From Vulcanimicrobiota bacterium (GTDB lineage: Bacteria; Vulcanimicrobiota; Xenobia; Xenobiales; JADMJV01), in assembly GCA_050486105.1 (NCBI GenBank), contig JBJHCR010000002.1, positions 1-62,268 on the forward strand: a stretch of 62,268 nucleotides of DNA, in the 5' to 3' direction. Shown one piece after another: positions 49,998 through 58,698 of this stretch. Below the pieces are notes generated by a model, which saw nothing but the letters and a program-made list of their open reading frames with translations, was not told where the DNA came from and did no database searches. The stretch's first letter is position 1. The number at the start of each line of letters is the position of its first letter. Position numbers and translations under genes: made by a program.

Positions 49998-51197
49998 ATG
50001 GAGGCTCGATTTCAACCCACCTGGGCTTGGTACAGCTACCGCGTTGCAGCTCAGATTTCAGCCTGGATCCTGTCAGCATCCGCTGTTCCTGAGAGGATCT
50101 TGGCACACCGCAGCCTGGGAACCGGTGAGATAACTTTCGCGCGCAGTGACACCGACCTCATCGTGGTGCTTCCTCGGGGGAATTGCTCGGGAGAGGCCCT
50201 GCTCAAGCTCTATGGAGCCTTGACCTGGGCCAGGAGATTCAACCCAACCCTGAGCCATGTGGAGGTCTTTGCTCCCGAAGAGTTGGTGAGATTTGCCAGC
50301 ATCGACACCGTTTGGGCTGCCTTAGAGCAACATTCAGCATGGCCATTGGTTGGACCGGACTTGCCCCTGCCTCCCGTACTCGTGAAGCCAGACGACGGAC
50401 TGCGTCGTTTCATCCTGTGGTGCGAACTCTTACTGGGCGCGGTTCTGGCTCGCAGACGGCCTCGCAATCTTCGTAAGATCGCCCTGGAGTGCTGGAATTT
50501 TTATGCTGTGGCTGAAGGTCTGTTGCCAGGTCCCTTCTCCCGACGTGAAACGATGGCAAGCCACCTCTGTGAGTTGCGTGGTCCACAGCTGGTGGATACC
50601 CTGCACAGACCCCAGGCTTGTGTTGATTTTGTCCTTGGGTTGGCCAACGAACTCCACGCTTCTCGTTTACCAAGCCTGAAAACCCTGAAAGTCCCCTACG
50701 TCTTCGAGTCCTTGGTTGCCCCCCACGGCATGGTCCGGCAGTTCATCGTCTCGCCGAAACCGGAATGGCCGCTTCCAAGGGCGCTTCCTCCGTGGCCCTT
50801 TTTGGTCACCCCGGAACTGCTGGACCTCTACTTGCACTATAAAAACGCCTATTTTGCTTGGAGCCTCCCCCGAGAGTTGCGGGACCTAGGGCTTCAACTT
50901 CCCCAGGTGAGCGATTTTGTGCGCGATGCCCGATATTACCTCTCTCCCCAGTTCCTTCGCTTTCCCGGCTTCACTGATCAACGACCCCTCCACCCGGAAG
51001 ATCGGCTAGACTGCGTCGCTTATGCCTTGCCTTATCTCAACTCAGGTATGCTCCCCCCTCCCAAGGCGGGACTGCCCAGACCCAGGCTCTCAGGCCGGAA
51101 AGCCATCTTGGAGTACTTCGAGCAAGATTACGATCGCGTCCTCGAACAGCAGCACGAACTCGACAGAGCGCTGGAGTGCTTGGACCTCTCCACGTAG
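49998..51197 (+). CDS. hypothetical protein with a Pol-beta-superfamily nucleotidyltransferase-like N-terminal motif
   Basis: HRSLGTGEITFARSDTDLIVVL resembles the G[ST]x9-13[DE]h[DE]h NTase signature. The remaining ~300 aa are helical and I do not recognise them. Confidence 0.4.
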   Translation: MEARFQPTWAWYSYRVAAQISAWILSASAVPERILAHRSLGTGEITFARSDTDLIVVLPRGNCSGEALLKLYGALTWARRFNPTLSHVEVFAPEELVRFASIDTVWAALEQHSAWPLVGPDLPLPPVLVKPDDGLRRFILWCELLLGAVLARRRPRNLRKIALECWNFYAVAEGLLPGPFSRRETMASHLCELRGPQLVDTLHRPQACVDFVLGLANELHASRLPSLKTLKVPYVFESLVAPHGMVRQFIVSPKPEWPLPRALPPWPFLVTPELLDLYLHYKNAYFAWSLPRELRDLGLQLPQVSDFVRDARYYLSPQFLRFPGFTDQRPLHPEDRLDCVAYALPYLNSGMLPPPKAGLPRPRLSGRKAILEYFEQDYDRVLEQQHELDRALECLDLST

Positions 51198-51283
51198 ATA
51201 AACCCTTCGCCGTCTGATATACTCCTACCAAGAGAAGTTTGATGCGCCAAGGCTCACTAGTCTTAGAGTGCTGAAAACCCAGG

Positions 51284-51709
51284 GTGAGCGTTATGGGAAG
51301 ACTCAGAAGTCGGCAGTGGGGACACAATCTCCTGGAGATGATCTTGGCGGTTGTCATTTTCTCCACCATTTCAGTATTTCTCTTAGGTATTTGGAACATG
51401 CACTACCAAGCCATGTCCAAATCCCGGGCGGTGCTGGTCGCTACCTACTTGGGAGAACAGGTGATGGAGGAATGCATCGCCGCTCGCTTCGACCTGGTCG
51501 ATACTCTCTATCCTCCCCCACCTGCGGTGCAGGAACTCGAAGTGACCAGTAGGACCCGAGCCGGAGAGCAAACGGTGATCTTCGAAGTGATGGTCTCGAT
51601 CACACCGAACGGAACCAGCGAGAAGTTTGTAGAGGTTGATGTCAGTTGGAATGGTGACACCGGAAGAAACACGGCCTCGTTTCATACCATCATCCATCAG
51701 AACGGCTAA
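51284..51709 (+). CDS. prepilin-type N-terminal domain protein (pseudopilin-like)
   Basis: ...RSRQWG|HNLLEMILAVVIFSTISVFLLGIW has Gly at -1, Glu at +5 and a hydrophobic helix. It starts at the GTG at 51284 (an alternative ATG is at 51293). The protein is 141 aa. Confidence 0.5.
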   Translation: MSVMGRLRSRQWGHNLLEMILAVVIFSTISVFLLGIWNMHYQAMSKSRAVLVATYLGEQVMEECIAARFDLVDTLYPPPPAVQELEVTSRTRAGEQTVIFEVMVSITPNGTSEKFVEVDVSWNGDTGRNTASFHTIIHQNG

Positions 51710-51728
51710 CCCATTGTCTAGGATCTCT

Positions 51729-52790
51729 GTGGGCAGAATCCCGATCTGGTTTTGTGCGCTCTTGCTTTTTGGCTTGGTCGGCTGCCTACCAACGGGAGAG
51801 GGAACAACCACCTTTGAATCAGCCAGGATTCCGATTCTGGGGGTCCACAATTTTGAGAGAGCCATCCAAGCCAACCAGAAAGTGCTTGTTCTTGATAATC
51901 AACCCGGAGAACTGATCTGGTTAACCGGCTTTACTGTCTCCCCGGAATCGTTGACCGAAGGTGACCAATTCTCCAACACTCAAGCACTGCTGGGAGCAAC
52001 CACCATAGGCTTTCAGCGATCTCGGCGACATGCGGAACTCCTTGGAGTTTCCTGGGCGCCCTACACAACCATTTTTGGGGTGGTCGGGGGGCATCACGCG
52101 ACCCAACTGCCCTCAGGTTTCGGCATTCCCATGTTCTCCAACGAGCCACTGCTCCTTCGAGCTTCCGTCATTAATCTCGACCCTTACTTTCCGGCAAGCC
52201 AGATTAAGCTCCAAGGAAACCTCTCCTTCGTCCGTCAGCGCGGTCTCGCCCACAAGATGAAGCCGCTACTCGCTCGCAGGCTTTCCTTGCTCTCGCCCTT
52301 ATCCCCGGCAGCACCCGTCTGGAATGAGCACACTTTTCATGGACCCATTCAGCCATTTCCGAAAGATCCCGAAGTTGAATATCAAGATGTCTTTTTCGAT
52401 CGCTTCGGACAGGCTTTCGGAAAATACCTGCCCGTCTCCAAGGAAGGGGGCACCTTTCGCGGCGATGTCACCAAATTGTTGGCCTTGAAGCCGGATTCTC
52501 AAGTTCATTTCGCGTCGGCCGTGGTTCACCCGGAGGTCGAGCGAATAAGCCTGATTCGCCAATCGGACGAGGTCAGACTCATCGAGCTCAAGGTACTCGG
52601 TCGTTCCTCCGATGGAAACGTCTCCGAAATGGCCACTTTTTCCAGTCCCGAAGGACTTGAACTCCACAAGGATGAGCGCTATTGGTTAGAAATCGAATTT
52701 CCGCCATCTTCAAGCCAAGAAGGAAGACGACTCTTTGCCGACTTGTTCGTCTATCTAGGAGACCCAGATTTTCAACCTCCAACCCGATGA
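51729..52790 (+). CDS. lipoprotein, function unknown
   Basis: The start was set at the GTG at 51729, with AGGA 5 nt upstream and 19 nt after the upstream stop. This gives VGRIPIWFCALLLFGLVGC with a lipobox (LVGC). The ORF-track start at 51636 overlaps the upstream gene. Confidence 0.5.
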   Translation: MGRIPIWFCALLLFGLVGCLPTGEGTTTFESARIPILGVHNFERAIQANQKVLVLDNQPGELIWLTGFTVSPESLTEGDQFSNTQALLGATTIGFQRSRRHAELLGVSWAPYTTIFGVVGGHHATQLPSGFGIPMFSNEPLLLRASVINLDPYFPASQIKLQGNLSFVRQRGLAHKMKPLLARRLSLLSPLSPAAPVWNEHTFHGPIQPFPKDPEVEYQDVFFDRFGQAFGKYLPVSKEGGTFRGDVTKLLALKPDSQVHFASAVVHPEVERISLIRQSDEVRLIELKVLGRSSDGNVSEMATFSSPEGLELHKDERYWLEIEFPPSSSQEGRRLFADLFVYLGDPDFQPPTR

Positions 52791-52859
52791 CAGAGAACTC
52801 ACGGCGTCCTTCGAGAACAGGATTTCCGACGATCCAGTGTAATCCCCCGGGCACACGGT

Positions 52860-53102
52860 ATGAGTGACACAGGAGATAAGACCGAGTTGGCAAACTTTAT
52901 TGCGAGCCAACTTTCAGCCATGCTCGGCCAAGAGGTTTCCCCTGAGGCCAATTTTGCAGCTCTCGGGATGGACTCTTTGGACGCCGTCACCCTCATTGAT
53001 GCCCTGGCCGACCGTCTGGGAGAAGACGAACTTCCGGTAACCTTAGTGGTCGATTTTCCCACCGCCCAGGCCCTAGCGACTCACCTGACGGAGTGCCCGT
53101 AA
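52860..53102 (+). CDS. stand-alone acyl/peptidyl carrier protein
   Basis: 80 aa, with the phosphopantetheine attachment motif LGMDSLDAVTLIDAL. It lies immediately upstream of the MBOAT gene. Confidence 0.8.
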   Translation: MSDTGDKTELANFIASQLSAMLGQEVSPEANFAALGMDSLDAVTLIDALADRLGEDELPVTLVVDFPTAQALATHLTECP

Positions 53103-53146
53103 CCAGGAGAGGATCGCTTTGAATAGAGGTCAAACACCCTGAACTG

Positions 53147-54598
53147 GTGCTTTTCAACTCTGCGACCTTTCCTTTCTTTTTGGCCTTGGTCCTGTTGCTG
53201 TATTACGGCACAGGCAGGAGTCTTCGAGCCCAGAACCTGACCTTGCTTCTTCTCAGTTACCTCTTCTACAGCTACTGGGATGTCCGGTTCCTGTCTTTGA
53301 TCCTCTTCTCCACAGCCGTGGATTACTGGGTGGGACTAAAACTCACGGAAACGGAGGATCCAAACTTACGCAAGCCTCTGCTTTGGCTTAGCCTGTCCAC
53401 CAATCTCGGCCTTCTGGGGATTTTTAAGTACTTTGACTTTTTTTTGGACTCCCTCAAAGACCTCGCCCTAGCTCTGGGCTGGACCTACACCTTTCCGCAC
53501 TTGGACCTCATCTTGCCGGTGGGAATCAGCTTCTACACCTTTCAGTCCATGAGCTACACCATCGATGTCTATCGTCGCAAGGTTCAGGCTACTCACGATC
53601 TGGTAGCTTTCGCCTGCTATGTGGCTTTCTTCCCTCAGTTAGTGGCCGGCCCCATAGAGCGAGCCACCCACTTCCTTCCTCAGGTCTTAGCCCCACGAAA
53701 GACCACCTGGCAACAGGTGTCTTCTGGAACTTATTTGATCGTATGGGGCCTGTTCCTGAAAGTGTTCGTAGGAGACAACCTGGCGCCCATTTCCGACCAG
53801 GTTTTTGCCGACCCCACCGTGTGTACGCCGACCGAGGTCGCACTGGGGAACTTGGCCTTTATGTTCCAAGTTTACGCCGACTTCGCCGGATACTCAAAAA
53901 TCGCCCGAGGGGTGGCTCGGCTCATGGGATTCGAGCTCAGTCTGAACTTCAACCTGCCTTATCTTTCGCTGACTCCTATGGACTTTTGGCGGCGCTGGCA
54001 CATCACGCTCTCCCATTGGCTGCGCGACTATCTGTTCATCCCGTTGGGAGGAAGCCGGGGTTCAAAACTGAGGGTGTCGAGAAACATTTTGATCACCATG
54101 GCCTTGGCCGGACTCTGGCACGGGGCCGATTGGACCTTTGTGCTATGGGGTGTCTGCCATGGCTTCCTTCTCATCTTCTACCGATACTTTCCGGGGCTTG
54201 GGCGCAAACCGATGGGAACGGACTCGATGAATCCGGTCATCCGAGGCTCGGCCACGTCCTTCTGGACCTTTGTCTGTTTCGCTCTCGTTTACCTCACCAT
54301 GGCGGTATTTAGGGTCGAGCAAGTCTCGGAGTTGCCTGAGGTCCTGGGGAAGTTGCTCCAGGCGCCAAATCACCTCTTGGGTGGGGGATGGCAAGACCAT
54401 CGACTTCTTCTGGTCAAGGTTGCCTTCTACACCTTACCGGTGGCAGTGGCCGACCTGGCATGCGCTCTGTGTCCGGTAACGCGATGGAGAATGACAGCTC
54501 CCTGGCCTCTGCGAATCGTCTGGTATCTCACTTTGTTCTATGCCATCGTACTGTTTGGAGGGTCTTATGGACAGCAGTTCTTCTACTTCCAATTCTGA
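53147..54598 (+). CDS. MBOAT-family membrane-bound O-acyltransferase (AlgI/DltB-like)
   Basis: 483 aa, polytopic. The hallmark region reads FWRRWHITLSHWLRDYLFIPLGGSRG and includes the conserved catalytic His. The N-terminus (M)LFNSATFPFF is typical of AlgI/DltB. Confidence 0.9.
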   Translation: MLFNSATFPFFLALVLLLYYGTGRSLRAQNLTLLLLSYLFYSYWDVRFLSLILFSTAVDYWVGLKLTETEDPNLRKPLLWLSLSTNLGLLGIFKYFDFFLDSLKDLALALGWTYTFPHLDLILPVGISFYTFQSMSYTIDVYRRKVQATHDLVAFACYVAFFPQLVAGPIERATHFLPQVLAPRKTTWQQVSSGTYLIVWGLFLKVFVGDNLAPISDQVFADPTVCTPTEVALGNLAFMFQVYADFAGYSKIARGVARLMGFELSLNFNLPYLSLTPMDFWRRWHITLSHWLRDYLFIPLGGSRGSKLRVSRNILITMALAGLWHGADWTFVLWGVCHGFLLIFYRYFPGLGRKPMGTDSMNPVIRGSATSFWTFVCFALVYLTMAVFRVEQVSELPEVLGKLLQAPNHLLGGGWQDHRLLLVKVAFYTLPVAVADLACALCPVTRWRMTAPWPLRIVWYLTLFYAIVLFGGSYGQQFFYFQF

Positions 54599-55625
54599 TG
54601 TTCCCTTCTGGAGTAAAGAAGGCTTCCCTTGGGCCGGAACTGCTGCGGTCTTGATTATTCTTGCCATAGAATGGGTCTTTTATCACCCCCTCTGGAGCGT
54701 TCGGGCCGGACGTCATCACGCCGACCGAATAGTGGCTGCGAAGGTCCACTATGTCCAGGAAACGCCGCCGGCCGATATGCTGCTGCTGGGTGACAGTTCG
54801 GTCAGCACTGCCCTAGACGCCGCCTATCTGAGCCGACGTTACCCGGGGGTGAATTTTGTCAATCTCGGATTGGTAGGATCTACCTCCATGGCTGGAACCT
54901 ACTTCATGGCGGCTCGCTATCTCGAGAACCACCCCCCACCTAAGGCTGCCTTTATCATGTTCAGCCCACTTACCCTAAACTATGATGTCGGCGAATTGAT
55001 CTGGAACCGTCGCCTAATGCGCTTCTTTCACCGACCTGCCGAAATCTTCGCGTACGCCCCCTTCTGTGGGCTCGATGCAGCCTGCCGAGCCATGCTTCAC
55101 AATCTGCTGCCAAGCAGTGAATGGAGCGATTTCTTCTGGAATTTTCCGAGGGAAGACCTCAAGACCTGGACCGATATCCAGACCTCGTGGACGGAAAATG
55201 GAGAGTTCTACCCACAGTTAGTGGCAACCCGAGGATTCACTCCTGTGACCGAAAACGAGCCCTTTCATCAGCGAGATTTCCGCTTGAGCGTGAGTCCGAT
55301 TAACCAACACTTTCTAGACCAGCTCATCAGGGAACTTCAAGGCCTGGAAGTGGAGGTCTACTTCGCCTTTCCCCCCTTGCCCGAAAGCCGGTACCAGTTG
55401 CTCCAAGCTGACCAACAGGCACTTCGGAGTTGGTCGGACTACCTCGATTCCCTTAAGACTCAAGGAGTGCTAGCATGGCCCATGCCTGCCTGGTTTCCCG
55501 ACAAGGATTTCGGCAGCCTCTACCACTTGAAGGAGAGTGCCACCCCAGCCTTCAATCAGCAGCACGCCGCCGGGATTCAAGACATCGTCGAAGGTTGGAT
55601 GGCCCCGGCTTCCGTTGAGGAATGA
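54567..55625 (+). CDS. membrane-anchored extracytoplasmic protein, tentatively DltD/AlgJ-type SGNH-like acyltransferase partner
   Basis: It has one N-terminal TM helix (WAGTAAVLIILAIEWVF) and a block-I-like motif, MLLLGDSSVSTALD. It sits directly downstream of, and overlapping, the MBOAT gene, as dltD and algJ do. The other SGNH blocks were not confidently identified. The start could be 54540 or 54567. Confidence 0.45.
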   Translation: MDSSSSTSNSDVPFWSKEGFPWAGTAAVLIILAIEWVFYHPLWSVRAGRHHADRIVAAKVHYVQETPPADMLLLGDSSVSTALDAAYLSRRYPGVNFVNLGLVGSTSMAGTYFMAARYLENHPPPKAAFIMFSPLTLNYDVGELIWNRRLMRFFHRPAEIFAYAPFCGLDAACRAMLHNLLPSSEWSDFFWNFPREDLKTWTDIQTSWTENGEFYPQLVATRGFTPVTENEPFHQRDFRLSVSPINQHFLDQLIRELQGLEVEVYFAFPPLPESRYQLLQADQQALRSWSDYLDSLKTQGVLAWPMPAWFPDKDFGSLYHLKESATPAFNQQHAAGIQDIVEGWMAPASVEE

Positions 55626-56272
55626 TAGAACTCCCAACGGAAGGGACCGCTCTCCAGGCGGTCTTCCAGATACAGCACCCGCACCCCATGAGACCTATTG
55701 GTGGCTGGTTGCCCATCGAGGAAAGGAGGCAGGGTGTAGCCGCGCTGCCGGCAGATCTGCTGCACCTGGTCCAGATTCTCCGAGCTCTTAAGCCCTAAGC
55801 CCAGGTGGGCCCCTAAGCCTTCAGCCACCCAACGGCGGCCGGTGTCAAACTCCACCTCGGGGAAGAAAACCTCTATCCCCCCTCGCCGCCCCGAAGCCAG
55901 AGTGGTCTCCACCTTCATCACCGTTACCCGAACCGGTTGGCCACCCAGGCGCCAACTCAATTCTCTGGCTAGGATTTCACTTTGAAAGTGCTGAGGATTC
56001 TCAAGAAACCCAGCCTCTTGGGCCAAAGCAGCCCAGACCGATGATGCCAAGTTAGAAGGGCCCAGGAAGCCAAAATGTTGGCAACCCGAGAGCTGTCCCA
56101 GAGCCCTCGGAGCAAACTCTTCCCCGACTACCCGATGCAAGACCGTTGGGATGTCGACCGTCTCCAACAGTCGGCGACACCGCTTTAAGACGGCCAAGAT
56201 CTGGGCTTGCTGATTCTCCACAGGGACCGCTAAGGATCGGACAGTTTGGCGAAACTCCCCCGGAAAAGTCAT
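55577..56272 (-). CDS. hypothetical protein (possible VOC/glyoxalase-fold)
   Basis: The start was set at the ATG at 56272, 1 nt after the upstream stop (56274..56276). The protein is 231 aa. The fold guess is weak. Confidence 0.4.
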   Translation of the reverse strand: MTFPGEFRQTVRSLAVPVENQQAQILAVLKRCRRLLETVDIPTVLHRVVGEEFAPRALGQLSGCQHFGFLGPSNLASSVWAALAQEAGFLENPQHFQSEILARELSWRLGGQPVRVTVMKVETTLASGRRGGIEVFFPEVEFDTGRRWVAEGLGAHLGLGLKSSENLDQVQQICRQRGYTLPPFLDGQPATNRSHGVRVLYLEDRLESGPFRWEFYHSSTEAGAIQPSTMS

Positions 56273-56273
56273 G

Positions 56274-57104
56274 CTAGTGCTCTTCCCCGAAAAGCACCCG
56301 GGCCGCATTTCGATACAAGTAGGAATCGAGAGATTCTGGAGACAGTTCGAGTTCGGCAGCCTCCTTCATGCAGCGCTCCATGGTGAGAAAAGGATAGTCG
56401 GTGGCGAACATCACCTTGCTCGAACCCCGACCGTTCATAAAGTCTAAGAGCCTGGATGGGAGAGCCTTGGGTGCGTAAGCCGAGGTCATTAAGTGCAGGT
56501 TCGGATGCTTTCCCAGAAGCCGGATCGCCAGCTCCCACCAGGGATCGGCCCCGTGAGCCATGATCACGGTGAGTTCGGGAAAAAATAAGCAGACGTCATC
56601 CAGATGAATGGGATCTTGACAGCGACCGGGAAGAGGTGGCCCAGGCAACCCACAGTTGAGGGAGATCGGCAAGCCGAGTTCCACGCATTTAGCGTAGATG
56701 GGGTAGTAGACCCGATCGTCAGGCGGGAGGTTGAAGAGGCAGGGAATGATCCGGGCTAGGCGGACACCGTGGTCTCGCACCACCCTTTCCAGGGCCCTCA
56801 CCGCTTTCATGCCTTGCCGGGGGTCTACCAAGGCCGAAAGGCCGAATCTTCCGGGGTTGAGCTCGAGAAACTTCAGCACCTTGGCTGAGGGCCGTTCGGC
56901 CCTGATGGTCAATAGGGCCCGTTCAACCGAGGACCGATCCATAGCCTGCAGCACTTCCTCATGGGTGTGCTGGCGAAAGAGTTCCTCCACCGGGCGGCCG
57001 AAGAGCTCGGCAGCCTGCCGCTGCCAATTGGTGGGGGTGGGGGGGAGTTCAACGTTAACCCAGGCATCAATGGCGCGCATACTAGGAATGTTTCCGTAGT
57101 CCAT
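56274..57104 (-). CDS. amidohydrolase_2-family metal-dependent hydrolase/decarboxylase (ACMSD/LigW-like)
   Basis: The pattern AIDAWVNV...CLFNLPPDD...VIMAHGADPWW...KVMFATDYPF is typical of the PF04909 TIM-barrel family. Confidence 0.7.
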   Translation of the reverse strand: MDYGNIPSMRAIDAWVNVELPPTPTNWQRQAAELFGRPVEELFRQHTHEEVLQAMDRSSVERALLTIRAERPSAKVLKFLELNPGRFGLSALVDPRQGMKAVRALERVVRDHGVRLARIIPCLFNLPPDDRVYYPIYAKCVELGLPISLNCGLPGPPLPGRCQDPIHLDDVCLFFPELTVIMAHGADPWWELAIRLLGKHPNLHLMTSAYAPKALPSRLLDFMNGRGSSKVMFATDYPFLTMERCMKEAAELELSPESLDSYLYRNAARVLFGEEH

Positions 57105-57150
57105 TAAGATATCCCTATGAGGGACGATGTTCTAAGTTGGGAGAGCTAAG

Positions 57151-58698
57151 GTGGCTCACTTCGGTTTCTGGAGTCTGGCCCAGCTAGCCCCAGATCGGGT
57201 GGCGGTGATCGACGAGGCCGGGCGTGAAGTGACCGCAAGAGAGCTTTTGGCGAGCTGCAACCAGTTGGCCCGAGCCCTGACGGAGCAAGGACTGGGCCCG
57301 GGATCGGTGGTGGCCTCGGCCTGTGGAAACCGTCTGCAAGTCCTGCAATTATGCCTAGCCGGCCTACAGGTCGGTTGGTACCTGGCGGTTCTCGACCCCA
57401 AGCTACCCCAGCCAGATATAGAGGCATTGCTGAACGAGCAGGGCGCCGAGTTCCTGCTGTCCGACCAACCGCAGCGGGCGTGGTCCCCGGCCCTGGGTGA
57501 ACGCCTAGGCGGTCGCCTGCTGCTCTTGGAGAACCCAGGGCGGTCCTGGCGAACCCTTTGCCAGGGGCACAGCTCGGAGACCCCGGCGAACCGACAGGCC
57601 GGGCAATTGCTGTTCTTCACCTCGGGAACCACCGGCCAGGCCAGGGCTATCAAGAGGTCCTTGAGCGGGCTTTCGCCGGAGGTCCTAGGACGGCAGGCGG
57701 CTCGGCATCTGCACACCGTCTGTGGCCTCACCCCACAATCCGGGGCGGTGCATCTGGTGGCCTCACCTTTGCATCACAGCGCCTCTCTGTTGTGGTGCCT
57801 GGACCAGCTTCACCTAGGCCACACCGTAGTGCTCGGGCTGCACGGGCCGGAGGAAAGCGAGCCGAAAGACTCGAATGCCAACAGTCGCAGCCCAGGATGG
57901 GATCCCCGTTCGGCCCTCGAGTTGATGTCGAAACACCGAGTGACCGCCACCTTGATGGTCCCCACCCACTTTGTCCGCCTCCTGGGCCTATCCCAAGAGG
58001 TCCGACAGAGCTTCGACCCCTCGAACCTGCGCCACGTGGTGCACACCGGAGCGACCTGCTCTATACCCGTAAAAAGGAGCATGTTGGACTGGTGGGGTCC
58101 GGTCCTCTACGAGGTTTACGGTGCAGCCGAGAGCCCGGGCACTCGAGTGGGGCCCGAAGAGTGGTTGCAGCATCCCGGCACCGTGGGTCGCTCCCACGGC
58201 CGAGTGCAGATCCTCCGGGGCGACGGCGCTTTGTGCCGGCCTGGTGAGGTGGGACGGGTGCTGCTGCGCTCGGGCCGCCGGGAGGGATTCGTGGAGGTCG
58301 GCGACTTAGGCTACTTGGAGCAGGATGATTATCTGTTCTTGGTGGGCCGGGCCGACGACACCATCATCACCGGAGGAGTAAACGTGCACCCCATCCCCGT
58401 CGAGGCGGTGCTGGGTTCTCACCCCGGGGTTTTGGAAGTGGCGGTCTACGGCGAGCCCGACCCAGAATGGGGGCAGCGGGTGGTGGCGGCGGTGGTCCCT
58501 CGACCGGGGCAAAACCTGTGTCTCAAAGAGCTGGAAGGCTTCGCTCGCGCCCACTTGAGCGGTCCTAAAAGACCCCGCAGCTACCACCTGGTGAACGACC
58601 TTCCTCGCACTGACCAGGGAAAACTGAATCGGGGCGATCTGGCTACTCATTTCGCTTCGGACCCACCCAGCGGTGGAGCGCCGGTAGCTCCCCGCTGA
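57151..58698 (+). CDS. ANL-superfamily acyl/aryl-CoA (or carrier-protein) ligase
   Basis: GTG start. Motifs present are FFTSGTTGQARAIKR (A3), YEVYGAAES (A5), GDLGYLEQDDYLFLVGRADDTIITGGVNVHP (A7/A8) and PRTDQGKLNR (A10 Lys). Confidence 0.85.
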   Translation: MAHFGFWSLAQLAPDRVAVIDEAGREVTARELLASCNQLARALTEQGLGPGSVVASACGNRLQVLQLCLAGLQVGWYLAVLDPKLPQPDIEALLNEQGAEFLLSDQPQRAWSPALGERLGGRLLLLENPGRSWRTLCQGHSSETPANRQAGQLLFFTSGTTGQARAIKRSLSGLSPEVLGRQAARHLHTVCGLTPQSGAVHLVASPLHHSASLLWCLDQLHLGHTVVLGLHGPEESEPKDSNANSRSPGWDPRSALELMSKHRVTATLMVPTHFVRLLGLSQEVRQSFDPSNLRHVVHTGATCSIPVKRSMLDWWGPVLYEVYGAAESPGTRVGPEEWLQHPGTVGRSHGRVQILRGDGALCRPGEVGRVLLRSGRREGFVEVGDLGYLEQDDYLFLVGRADDTIITGGVNVHPIPVEAVLGSHPGVLEVAVYGEPDPEWGQRVVAAVVPRPGQNLCLKELEGFARAHLSGPKRPRSYHLVNDLPRTDQGKLNRGDLATHFASDPPSGGAPVAPR

